Shown here: positions 28,478 to 39,600 of the stretch, piece by piece
How positions within the stretch are numbered: position 1 is the stretch's first letter
Layout: each line of letters starts with the position of its first letter
Position numbers and translations under genes: made by a program
The notes under the pieces: generated by a model
What the model saw: only the letters and a program-made list of their open reading frames with translations
Told to the model about the DNA's origin: nothing
Database searches by the model: none
IMG/VR virus record: IMGVR_UViG_3300042887_005798
DNA from: a virus
Lineage: Duplodnaviria > Heunggongvirae > Uroviricota > Caudoviricetes
Reading direction: 5' to 3' (one strand)
DNA length: 64,000 bases

Positions 28478-29542
28478 TTAGAAGCCTCGGTTGAATCCAG
28501 AAGGGTAACGTCCTTGTGCTGGCAAGTCGTTTCCGATCGAGAATCCGATGTTGTTGTCTGTGTTTCCTGCACCAATTGCTGTAATAACATTGTTTTGGTA
28601 CTGAGAAACAAATGGAGTATAATTTTCTCTGAGTTTGAATACATGATAAGCAAGTCTTCGTGCTCTGTTCTTCAAGTGGATAAATTTAGCCATAGAAGCT
28701 TGTGATAAGAAGTCATACTCACCTGTGTTTTGGTTGAGAGATGGGTTGTACGCTGGAGAAATAACCGAAGTATTACCAGCACCAACTGTACCAAGTATAG
28801 CAGCATTCACACCAGATGGCGAATTTGGACTGTAGTTAGTAGCAGTGAATGTAATTGATGTACCAGCAATCTGTGTAACAGCTGTACCAGTTGCAATAGC
28901 AAAAGCATTACCTAATTCCCAAGCATCTGATTGTAGTGAGAATACGCTACCTCTGTTGTTTGTTCCGCCAGCAACGACAAAAGCTTTTGGTTTGCAGAAC
29001 TGCCACCAAAATCTAAGATCTTGAGCTCTTGAGAATGTGTAAAGTGGCACGTTAAGAGTTGTGATACCAGTTGCCAACACGTTAGGGTTATTGTAGTTTA
29101 CATTATAAACACCATTTAATGCTGCTGTAGTAAGACCGTAGAACAATACACGTGTGTTTGTGCCAATACCAACACCATCAATGTTCAAAGCAGTACCAAT
29201 TGTGCCTTGCATATCACCAATGAAGGAAACAGCAACACCAACATTATTCCTAAGAATGTTAGTTGCCAAACCAACTTGGCTAAGAATGACTGGTTCGCCT
29301 AAATCTGGAAGAATTGGCGAAATCAAATTAAGTTCGTTAACGAGCTGTTGAATAGCTCCAACAGCGTCAATGATAGTGCCATTGTAAGGCACTGGTGCGC
29401 CTTTTGGTTCGATCCATTGACCACCGAATCGAGAAGATTGTGCAAAAGCAACTCTGTCTTTGATTGCAAGCCTTCGAGTAACAACGTTATTATATGTTGA
29501 GCCTGTAGAGACTCCATAGTATCCTGATGGGTATTTTGGCAT
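28478..29542 (-). CDS. Putative virion structural protein
   Basis: G/T/N-rich; LNIDGV..RVLFYGLTTAALNGVY..FSRAQD segment resembling a recurrent phage tail domain; strong AAGGAG SD. Confidence 0.6.
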   Translation of the reverse strand: MPKYPSGYYGVSTGSTYNNVVTRRLAIKDRVAFAQSSRFGGQWIEPKGAPVPYNGTIIDAVGAIQQLVNELNLISPILPDLGEPVILSQVGLATNILRNNVGVAVSFIGDMQGTIGTALNIDGVGIGTNTRVLFYGLTTAALNGVYNVNYNNPNVLATGITTLNVPLYTFSRAQDLRFWWQFCKPKAFVVAGGTNNRGSVFSLQSDAWELGNAFAIATGTAVTQIAGTSITFTATNYSPNSPSGVNAAILGTVGAGNTSVISPAYNPSLNQNTGEYDFLSQASMAKFIHLKNRARRLAYHVFKLRENYTPFVSQYQNNVITAIGAGNTDNNIGFSIGNDLPAQGRYPSGFNRGF

Positions 29543-29557
29543 AAGTTTTTCTCCTTT

Positions 29558-29583
29558 AAAGAGCCCACCTTTTTGGGCTCTTT
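29558..29583. other. 10-bp stem hairpin (terminator or 5' stabiliser) just upstream of the SD of 28478..29542
   Basis: AAAGAGCCCA-loop-TGGGCTCTTT; short U-tract on the sense strand. Confidence 0.6.
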
Positions 29584-29602
29584 ATATATTTCTAAAACAT
29601 TC

Positions 29603-30688
29603 CTAAATTAACCTTCTTCTTACTGTTAAAGGTAAGTCTGGGTCAATCAAAGGACATATAGAAGAAATTTTTATTGTTTGGTTTACTGCTGGATCATTTG
29701 TGGCAAACCCAACTTGACATTGAATCCAATACATATTAGGATTATTAATTGTAGAATTTGTGGCTAAAGTCCCTAGACCAATTATAACATTATTGTATTT
29801 TGTTCTTGGATCATTATCCATTTTAACAGCTGACCAGTTTGCTGGAGGTGTAAATATATTAACTCCATCATATGCAAATCTATATGTTCCTGGACCTTGA
29901 CATCCAATAGCCGCTTGAGTCGAAGCTAGAGCAACAAAATTAGCGCCGTTAAAGTAAGAAAATGTAACTACGCCTATATTAGGGGTACAATCACTTGAAA
30001 ATCCTAAAAACCATCTTTTTGTTTTGAATGGAGTTCCAAAATAAAAAATTGGATTTGTAGAATTGACATCAAAGCCATAAGTGGCGGTATCAACATTATT
30101 TCTTGGGTTGAAATAATCTGCTTGGAAATTTGTTTGCTCTACCATTACAGTAGATAAATCACCATAAGTTAAAATTCCTGTTTGAGAAAGCACTCTCTGT
30201 GGTCTATCTGATGAAATCTGATTTCTATTGTTCAGTTTCATGTTGTAAGTGATTTCAGGTCTGTAAGTAACAGCTAAAGTAAAACTTACATTAAATAAAC
30301 CTGCAGGTTTAGATAAACGAACATAAATGTTTCCAATTCCTTCAGAGTCCTGTACAGACTCATTAACCATAACATTAACTTGTGTGTTTGCGGGATTAAT
30401 AATTAAATTTTGATTTGTGCCTGCTGTTGTCAAGCCTATTTGAGTATAAGTTATTGGGTTAAAACCATTAATTTGCCCAGTGTAACCATTTCCTCTATCC
30501 AACAATGTGCAAGTGATGCTACTCGCGGTTGTGTCTGCAGAGACAAAAGTAATGTTGATCTCTTCAACAAAAGCGTTTACATGGCAGTTTTCAACTGTTA
30601 AAACAATGGTGCTTGCTTGTGCTGGTTGCAATGAAGCATTGTAAAACACCTGTTTTATAATTTTGGCGTTCAAATTTTGTTGAATCAT
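29603..30688 (-). CDS. Putative virion structural protein
   Basis: 361 aa, T/N/V-rich beta-type composition, no enzyme motif. Confidence 0.5.
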   Translation of the reverse strand: MIQQNLNAKIIKQVFYNASLQPAQASTIVLTVENCHVNAFVEEINITFVSADTTASSITCTLLDRGNGYTGQINGFNPITYTQIGLTTAGTNQNLIINPANTQVNVMVNESVQDSEGIGNIYVRLSKPAGLFNVSFTLAVTYRPEITYNMKLNNRNQISSDRPQRVLSQTGILTYGDLSTVMVEQTNFQADYFNPRNNVDTATYGFDVNSTNPIFYFGTPFKTKRWFLGFSSDCTPNIGVVTFSYFNGANFVALASTQAAIGCQGPGTYRFAYDGVNIFTPPANWSAVKMDNDPRTKYNNVIIGLGTLATNSTINNPNMYWIQCQVGFATNDPAVNQTIKISSICPLIDPDLPLTVRRRLI

Positions 30689-30719
30689 ACTTTATTTTTC
30701 AAGATTAGATTAAAAAAAC

Positions 30720-31070
30720 CTATTCTGAAAAAATTCCGCGCTCAATAAATTTATATTCTATAGCCTCTGGTTCAAAAAATTCACTAATCCTATTGACTAG
30801 TTTTTGTTCATCACATGAATTGCCACACCAGTAAATATCCAAAGACACAAACTGAAGCTCAGTCCAAATATGAAAACTTAAATGGCTTTCTGCTAAAATG
30901 AAAACCCCACTGATGCCATGAGGTTCAAATTGATGATGGTGGTCATTCAATACCGTGAAATTACCTTTCGTTAACCCATTCATGAACATTTCTCTTAATT
31001 CAACCCAAGGCTGATTTGTGTTCTGGCAACCATAAAGGTCTAATAAAATATGTTGTCCTAAACTTTCCAT
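30720..31070 (-). CDS. speD: S-adenosylmethionine decarboxylase proenzyme
   Basis: LGQHILLDLYGC, HQFEPHGISG..LAESH (self-cleavage E-S), HIWTE, SLDIYWCG; start moved to 31070. Confidence 0.92.
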   Translation of the reverse strand: MESLGQHILLDLYGCQNTNQPWVELREMFMNGLTKGNFTVLNDHHHQFEPHGISGVFILAESHLSFHIWTELQFVSLDIYWCGNSCDEQKLVNRISEFFEPEAIEYKFIERGIFSE

Positions 31071-31636
31071 GATTTTTGCCTTTCTTTCCAAATTTGTAAA
31101 TCTAACTCATGCGGAGGTAAATTTCTCTTTAAACACTCAGAAAGAAAAAATTTTTCATACTTCAAATATTCTTTTTTATTTGAAGGTGTGGCTTTTGGAG
31201 CATCTGGGTAAATGTTTTTTAACCAAGCCAGAATGTGGGTGTCTAAAATAGCATAACTATTTGTTAACCTTGAATAAGTGATAAAAAACCTTGAGGTTTT
31301 CATTCCTATGCCTGGGATTGATTCTAATTCTTCACATGTGCATGTTTGAAGATCTAAATTTTTTCTAGACAAAATAAACAAACAACCACACAATCTGCTA
31401 TATTGCCCAGCTTTTACTTTAATTAATTTTTGCTTGATTTCATCAATAGAAAGTTTAGATAAAGCATCAAAAATTCCATTAGTAGTATCTAGTTCGTCTA
31501 AAAATAATTCTAATTTTTTGTATTGTGTTTTACTACTTTTGCCTGCAACAAATATGCATAATAAAAGAAATTCTTCAAGCTCAGATTGTGTGCGATTGAA
31601 GTTTTTTGGATTTAAAAGATCAGTCTTCAGCTTCAT
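31058..31636 (-). CDS. HhH-GPD DNA glycosylase-like protein
   Basis: LESIPGIGMKTSRFF helix-hairpin-helix followed by AILDTHIL. Confidence 0.8.
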   Translation of the reverse strand: MKLKTDLLNPKNFNRTQSELEEFLLLCIFVAGKSSKTQYKKLELFLDELDTTNGIFDALSKLSIDEIKQKLIKVKAGQYSRLCGCLFILSRKNLDLQTCTCEELESIPGIGMKTSRFFITYSRLTNSYAILDTHILAWLKNIYPDAPKATPSNKKEYLKYEKFFLSECLKRNLPPHELDLQIWKERQKSWKV

Positions 31637-32156
31637 ACTTATATTGCAGAACTTGTTTTTTTACATCTGCCCACTCGTGTATATACGATGATTCGTTACC
31701 AGAAATTTTTCTCAAAACAGAAAAATCTTTTACTTGTTCCCATGTAAGCTTGTTTTGCGCCCAATCTGCTAACTCAACAGGTTTTTCTAATAACTTAAAT
31801 TTATCATGTTTTTCTTCTGGCTCATAAAGCATTTTCAAATTAGCTATATCATGTAAAAAGATAGTCCATTCTGAACCATCACTGAACTTGAAATAAATTT
31901 CTTGTAAAGCTAATTCATGCTGTTTTGATTGAAAAGCAATAAATTTTTCTAACCATTTGTCATCGCCAAATTCATAAACAAACTTTTTATTTTCTCTCAA
32001 AAATAATGAACATAACTGTTTGTATTTATTGAAGGCAACTTTAAATATTTTTTCTTTACCCAAGACAATCGCTCTTGTGCTTAAGAAATTTGCCATGTGA
32101 CATGCAACTACATCTTTGCTTAGAGTAGATATTTTGTTGCCCATTTTAACTTTCAT
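31620..32156 (-). CDS. Hypothetical protein
   Basis: 178 aa; CGTATATT plus 6 nt before ATG. Confidence 0.55.
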   Translation of the reverse strand: MKVKMGNKISTLSKDVVACHMANFLSTRAIVLGKEKIFKVAFNKYKQLCSLFLRENKKFVYEFGDDKWLEKFIAFQSKQHELALQEIYFKFSDGSEWTIFLHDIANLKMLYEPEEKHDKFKLLEKPVELADWAQNKLTWEQVKDFSVLRKISGNESSYIHEWADVKKQVLQYKYEAED

Positions 32157-32170
32157 ATCATTAATATACG

Positions 32171-33793
<1,623 letters not shown>

Positions 33794-33795
33794 TT

Positions 33796-33809
33796 ATTTT
33801 GTACAAAAT
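33796..33809. promoter_or_regulatory. Palindromic bidirectional element ATTTTGTACAAAAT
   Basis: Perfect 14-bp palindrome centred at 33802.5, exactly midway between ATG 33790 (-) and ATG 33815 (+). Confidence 0.75.
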
Positions 33810-33814
33810 TTTTT

Positions 33815-34129
33815 ATGAATGTTTTTGATAAATGGAAATTAAAACAAATTTTAACGCTAGAAGAAGGTTGCGACATTTTAAATGAGCTATATGGAGGGGC
33901 AAAAAAACATTTTGTTTTTGGCTCAAAGGTAAGAATAGATAAAAAATTCTTGGATGTTTATGAAAAATTCAAAAATGGAGACGATACGAATTGTGTGTTA
34001 AAATTTTCAAACATCGTCACACAAAAACCATTTGTGTCGCCAATATTGTTTCCCGAAGAAAATCCCACGCACACAATCTTAACAGAAGAAATTAATCTCT
34101 ATGTGTATGAAAAAAATGACCTTTACTAA
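33815..34129 (+). CDS. Hypothetical protein
   Basis: 104 aa ORF divergent from groEL. Confidence 0.5.
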   Translation: MNVFDKWKLKQILTLEEGCDILNELYGGAKKHFVFGSKVRIDKKFLDVYEKFKNGDDTNCVLKFSNIVTQKPFVSPILFPEENPTHTILTEEINLYVYEKNDLY

Positions 34130-34277
34130 GAAGGGAAAATATATATACATATATATTAATCTAGATTAATTATAATTAAGGAAACTTTTTAAATGAAATT
34201 GAAGTAGAATTAAGAAGAAAGATTATTCACGTTTCGAAATGGGAAAAAAGCGTAAAGAATAATCTTTTCAAAACACA

Positions 34278-34610
34278 ATGGAAAATTATCTATTTGAACT
34301 TAAAATTAAAGAATTAAAATCTTTAAAACAAAAATTTGTACTTACAGATAATTTCGTTCTCATTGTTGAAGATAAGTATCCTGTTGTTTTAGGTTGTAAA
34401 GCATGTTACATGGTAACACCTACTTCAACACAATCTGGATATACAATTCCAGCAGGAAATCTCATCAATTACAATGAAAAATATAAAGAACATTCTTCTG
34501 TACCAGGTGAAGTTGCAATTAATTGTTGGCTTTGTCCTGTCTGTTCTAGATTGTTCAGAGAATTGTTGCCTAGTTATGAATATATGGAAGTAAAAGATGT
34601 CAGCATATAA
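34278..34610 (+). CDS. Hypothetical zinc-binding protein
   Basis: CKAC and CPVC pairs. Confidence 0.5.
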   Translation: MENYLFELKIKELKSLKQKFVLTDNFVLIVEDKYPVVLGCKACYMVTPTSTQSGYTIPAGNLINYNEKYKEHSSVPGEVAINCWLCPVCSRLFRELLPSYEYMEVKDVSI

Positions 34611-34995
34611 AACAATTAAATGTTCATTCAAAGATCACTCCACTCTCATTGAGAGCTTAAAGAGTTTAGGTTATGAACCTGTAGTTTATAAAGAAAAACA
34701 TAATCTTCAAGGTTACATGAACGACACAAGAGAAGAAAAAGCTGAAATCATTGTTCCACGAAAACAAATTTCTTTAGCTTCAAATGATTTAGGATTTTCT
34801 TTTGATGATAGTTCTAAAGAATATATTATGATTTGTTCTGATTATGATTCTCACAAAGGTGTGGCAGATAAAGTTACACAATCTTACGCTTTGACAGCAA
34901 TCAAATCAGCATTAAAAAAGAATAAATTTACTGTCAGCGCTGAAGTAAAAAATACAGACAAATCAATTACAATTACAGCAGGTAAAATCATATGA
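34597..34995 (+). CDS. DUF1257 (Ycf35-like) family protein
   Basis: MSAYKTI...L..LGY...LQGY....AEIIV.R....NDLGF....Y..I.SDYD..VTQ.YA pattern. Confidence 0.7.
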   Translation: MSAYKTIKCSFKDHSTLIESLKSLGYEPVVYKEKHNLQGYMNDTREEKAEIIVPRKQISLASNDLGFSFDDSSKEYIMICSDYDSHKGVADKVTQSYALTAIKSALKKNKFTVSAEVKNTDKSITITAGKII

Positions 34996-35210
34996 GCAAG
35001 AAAGTGGAATTAGTTATTGAGATTGATGAAAAGGGTAAAATTCTCGTTACACCAAAGGGAACATCTGGTTCTGAATGTTTAGAGCTTATGGCTTTTTTAG
35101 ACAAAATAGAAGGGATTGAAGTAGTTGATACAATTCCAAATGAAGACATGGGTAAAAACATTAAAACACAATCTAAGAATAAAATTAAAAATTCTAATCA
35201 AGGGAAGTAG
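34992..35210 (+). CDS. DUF2997 family protein
   Basis: IEIDEKGKI..KG.SG.ECL.L pattern; usual DUF1257 neighbour. Confidence 0.65.
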   Translation: MSKKVELVIEIDEKGKILVTPKGTSGSECLELMAFLDKIEGIEVVDTIPNEDMGKNIKTQSKNKIKNSNQGK

Positions 35211-36147
35211 CTATCACTCTTCTTCTTTGTACTCCTCCTCCGCCTGAGGCTGTATAGTCTACAGATATTCCAAAATTATACACTCTTACATATCTGTTCA
35301 CAAGAATCACATTATGCACAGCAAAATCATTAGCAAAGTAAGTGTTGTTTTCTTCTACTTCAAAATTATAAACATTAATAGTTTGCTTTTCAGTTTGTAT
35401 TTTCTTAATTTTTTCTTTGCACCACTTATTGTTTTTTCGTTTCCATAAGTAATCATCTTTTTTTAGTTCTGCCGCCTGAACCCAGCCTCTTGTAGTAAAA
35501 AATAAGTGATTAAAAGTTGTGATTATTTTTTCGTTGATGATTAAATATTCATGCACTGTTGTGCAAACTACGTCTTTTACTTTTTTGTAAGAGCATTTTT
35601 TTGTATTTTTATTAAAACTTAAAACTAAATCATCTTTTGTTATTTCTTCTATGTTTTTAATTCCAGATTGTGTTTGAATTTGTGTGCCTTCAGCAAAAGA
35701 AGCTGCATTTGCCGCTAACTGCGTTATAGAACATGATATTCCATTTATTGTCGAACCAGCAGGAATAGAAAATCCAAAATTAGTTGCAGAAAGATAATTT
35801 GATTCTGTTGGTGCTAAGGGTTCCTGTGAGGCAAATACCACGCCAAAATTTGATGAATTAATATCGGTGGGAGTGAATGTCAGACCCCATAAATCAGAAG
35901 CACTTCCGTAATTTACCGTGGTGAGAGTTGTAGGTATTGTTGCGCCAGTAGATTTGTCTGTTCCAGATATAACACCACCTTTAATTAATTTAATCGATAG
36001 CTCTACAACACCCGCATTTAGAAGGTCAACATAAGCATAAACTGTTGTTTGATTACCTTGAGCATTTGTAGGGTTGACCCATGCAACTGTGCCAATAGAA
36101 GCATCATTTGCCACCGCTCCAGAATAATTAGGTCCTGCTGTTGCCAT
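35194..36147 (-). CDS. Putative virion protein interrupted by a Hint (intein-like) domain
   Basis: N-part with YGSASDLWG and NFGFSIPAG phage-structural motifs; Hint at residues 150-279; 38-aa C-terminal part. Confidence 0.75.
   Translation of the reverse strand: MATAGPNYSGAVANDASIGTVAWVNPTNAQGNQTTVYAYVDLLNAGVVELSIKLIKGGVISGTDKSTGATIPTTLTTVNYGSASDLWGLTFTPTDINSSNFGVVFASQEPLAPTESNYLSATNFGFSIPAGSTINGISCSITQLAANAASFAEGTQIQTQSGIKNIEEITKDDLVLSFNKNTKKCSYKKVKDVVCTTVHEYLIINEKIITTFNHLFFTTRGWVQAAELKKDDYLWKRKNNKWCKEKIKKIQTEKQTINVYNFEVEENNTYFANDFAVHNVILVNRYVRVYNFGISVDYTASGGGGVQRRRVIATSLD
35311..35700 (-). other. Hint / BIL-type intein-like domain, 130 aa, no endonuclease
   Basis: Block A SFAEGTQI, block B TTFNH (TxxH), block F/G VYNFEV..YFANDFAVHN; +1 residue is Val. 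Confidence 0.88.
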
Positions 36148-36642
36148 TTATCTCTCCCAAAAGTAAAGGTGATTACCCTCTGCTTTTATTTTTTTTGTAC
36201 ATTTTAATAAAGAAAAATCTTTGTAATTACTCCCACAATTTATCACTCCTTGCTTGCTGATTCTTTTCAAATTTAATTGAAAATCTAATTCAGTAATAAA
36301 ATCACAAACATCATCTGTGGTAGCTAAATCAACAATTGAATAATCATATTCAATTACAGTGGTTTTTATAAATGAATATGCATCGTCTTGGATAAAATTA
36401 TCGGAATATTCTGAGTAATCTTCTACATCCACATCTGTTAAAATTGTGTCGGGGTATTTTTGTTTAATTAAATATCTCAGTGAGTTTCCACATGATCCCA
36501 ATTGTAAGATTGTTTGATAAAATGTTTCAGGTAAGCAAAAATGATAACATAGATTTTTAGGTACTGGAATAATTGAATAAATTGCACCATTTTCATTCAA
36601 CCAAATATCAAAATCATTTCTTTTTTGTTTTTCTAATTTCAT
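36148..36642 (-). CDS. Degenerate class I SAM-binding fold protein, spermidine synthase-like
   Basis: ILQLGSCGNSL..KYPD..LTDVDV..DDAYSFI..YDYSIVDL parallels motif I to post-II of SpeE-like enzymes. Confidence 0.5.
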   Translation of the reverse strand: MKLEKQKRNDFDIWLNENGAIYSIIPVPKNLCYHFCLPETFYQTILQLGSCGNSLRYLIKQKYPDTILTDVDVEDYSEYSDNFIQDDAYSFIKTTVIEYDYSIVDLATTDDVCDFITELDFQLNLKRISKQGVINCGSNYKDFSLLKCTKKIKAEGNHLYFWER

Positions 36643-39600
36643 GCTTCTCTCAATATTAATTCCACTGTAAAGTTAGCAAATGTTGGTGCTGTCCCTATAA
36701 AGTTCACTGCAAATTTATCGTTACTTGTTGCTGTTGCTCCAAATCCAGTAAAGGAGCTAGATGCGAATTCATAATTAGAAGCACCTGTAACAAGAATATC
36801 TGAAGATAAAATATTCGCACCAGAGAACACGCCAGGACTTGTGGATTTAGATACATTTATTGTAGTGATTCCTGTTGCTGGAGTTTCAACTCGCACATTA
36901 ACCCTTCGTAAGTTATAGTTTACAGATGAAATACCATTAATAGGATCTTGTGGTACAATAAATACACCTGCATCAATTCCAGAAGCAGTGGGTGTAAATG
37001 CTGTCATCAATGGTATGATTAATGATCTTTTTACTGGAGCCCACGTCACACCTGTTCCAGTTGATTGCAATACTTGGCTTACAATACCAATCGGACCACC
37101 AGAAAGATTATTAGTGTCAAAAATTGCTCCATTAAACCTAGATCCTGCTTGCACATGCAGAGTTTGAGTAGGAGTGGATGTTCCAATACCTAATTCTCCT
37201 GTTGAATCAATTGTAATTAATCTTGTTCCATTGACTTGCGATTCAATTCTCAAATAATCAGCAGTTTGTATTCCAAAACCTGAAAGAATTAATGGTATAT
37301 TAGCGACATTAGAGCTTTGAACATGTAGTTTTGCTAAAGGTCCAGTAGTTCCGATGCCAACATTTCCATTAGACAAAATTCTCATATGCTCAAACTCAGC
37401 AGTAGAGCCGTTATATGTTCTGAATCTTAAATCAAAAACACCACTTGCTGATACAATACTTGCATTTCCAGCTGACCATGAAATAACATCATTTGCTCTT
37501 AAATAAAAATTACCAAATAGAGAAAGTGGATATCCAGAAACAGGAGTGGCTGTTGGTCCCAATGTAATTTGGTCAAATCTACCAATACCAGTGACATGTA
37601 ATAGTTGCGTGGGGTTAGCTGTTCCTATTCCAACAGAGCCTATACCTGTGTAAACGAAGGTAGATACACCAATCAAAGAGTTTGGAGTAGCATAAAAAGC
37701 AATTCTAGAACCAGCACTTGCACCTGTAACTAAACCTAGTTGAACAAAGGAAGACCAAGCAGTTCCAGATCCTGTAGATTGTAATAAATTGTTAGATGCA
37801 CCAGCAGCATTGAATGTATCGGCAAACACGCCTGTAACACGCATATTTCCTTGAACATGCATAGTTCTTGAAGGGGTGGAAGTTCCAATACCCACGCTTC
37901 CTAAACCGCTCACACTGAAATAAGGAAAATTAAGAGGTGATGTAACAGAGAATGCTTCAGAAGCGAGACCCACTGGAGTTTTTACTGCAACCAATGGGTT
38001 ATTTACACCATCAAAAACTTGAAAAACAGGTAAACCAGAAATATTGTTTACAGACTGCAAGTTACCTGTTAGAATATCTGTGACTTCAAAAAGATTGCCA
38101 GAAATACCATCTACCCTCAATGCTGAAGAATTAGCAAAACCAGATCGTGTGTGAAGAATAGACAAAGGAACAGCAGTGCCAATACCAACACGATTATTTG
38201 AATAAACAAAAGTTGAAATACCAGTGATTACATTTAAAGTGTTGCCAAAAGCAATTTGGTTCGTAGATATTGAGCCGCCAATTGTTCCACTGCCTGCAGC
38301 TGCAGCAGACTGAGCAATCCAAGCTAAACCTGTGCCTGTAGAGCTTAAAACAGAGTTTGCTAAACCTATGTTGTTGTTAGAATCAAAGATTCCACCATTT
38401 ATTCTGACATTACCAGAAACATGTAATTGTTGTGTCGGGGTAGCAGTGTAAATGCCCACAGAGCCAATTCCTGTTATTGTGAAATAATTTGCACCATTTG
38501 CAGTGGCATTTACTTCTACCAAGTCTCCAGTCTGAGATGCAGAACCAGCAATATACAAACCCATATTTGCTGCAGCTAAAGTCTCAATGTGTAATCTCGC
38601 TAAAGGTGAAAAAGTACCTATACCAAGGTTAGTTCGAGTAGAATTAGTGCTTCCACCCCATGCTCCTTGGTTAGATGCTGTAATAATTACGCCTTGACCA
38701 ATAGCTATTTGGTTACTGCCAGCCGCAATTCCATTTGACTGATTACCAACAAAAACATTATTATTGCCTGTAGTTACTGTGCTTCCAGCAGAATTGCCAA
38801 TATATACGTTAAATGATCCAGAAGAATTAGCTATGCCTGCAGAAGCACCCAAAGCCACGTTGCCTGAGGCAGTGTTTAAAGAAGTGGTAGAATTACCTAA
38901 GAGCGCAGCGTCTCCAACAGCCGTATTGCTTGAAGAAGATTCATAGTAAAATAAAGCGTTGTTGCCCACTGCAACATTACTACTTCCTGAAACATTATAA
39001 TAGAAAGCTTGTCTGCCAATAGCAACATTATTTATCCCATGCCTGTTTTGATTGAAAGCAGAAATTCCCATAGCAACGTTTCCAGTGCCTGTGGAATTGT
39101 TAGCTCCAGTATTCGCACCAAAAAAATTATTATTTGAACCCGATGTGTTAGCTGAACCAGCATAGTTTCCTACAAAAGTATTTGTATTTCCTGTACTGTT
39201 GTTTGCCCCTGCAGTGTGACCAATAAAAGTGTTGCTACTACCTGAAGTATTTGCAGTTCCAGCAGCGTACCCAACAGCAACATTTAAAGTCCCAGTATTT
39301 AAAGTTGTGTCAACATTTCCTCTAAGCGCCACTCCACCAATTGCTGTGAGAAAAGATTGTGTTTGATATTGTCCAGCTCCAGCCCCAATGTAGACATTAT
39401 ATGTTCCAGTTGTATTAGTAAAACCAGCATTATTCCCAACAGCTGTATTGTCGCCCCCAGTTGTAGTAGAATAAAGTGACTGCCTACCTATAGCTGTGTT
39501 GAAGAAAGGAGTGGTAGCTGAATTTAAGGCGTTAATTCCAAATGCAGAATTTCCTGAACCATTTGTATTGGCATATCCAACTCTGTAACCCATATAAGTG

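Noticed and set aside
34180-34317. Open frame GNFLNEIEVELRRKIIHVSKWEK... in the 34.1-34.3-kb gap
   Set aside because: No start codon after the upstream stop and no recognisable homology; cannot support it as a gene or pseudogene
35311-35700. Canonical mobile intein with homing endonuclease
   Set aside because: Only 130 aa, no LAGLIDADG/HNH motifs, and the +1 residue is Val rather than Cys/Ser/Thr; reported instead as BIL-type
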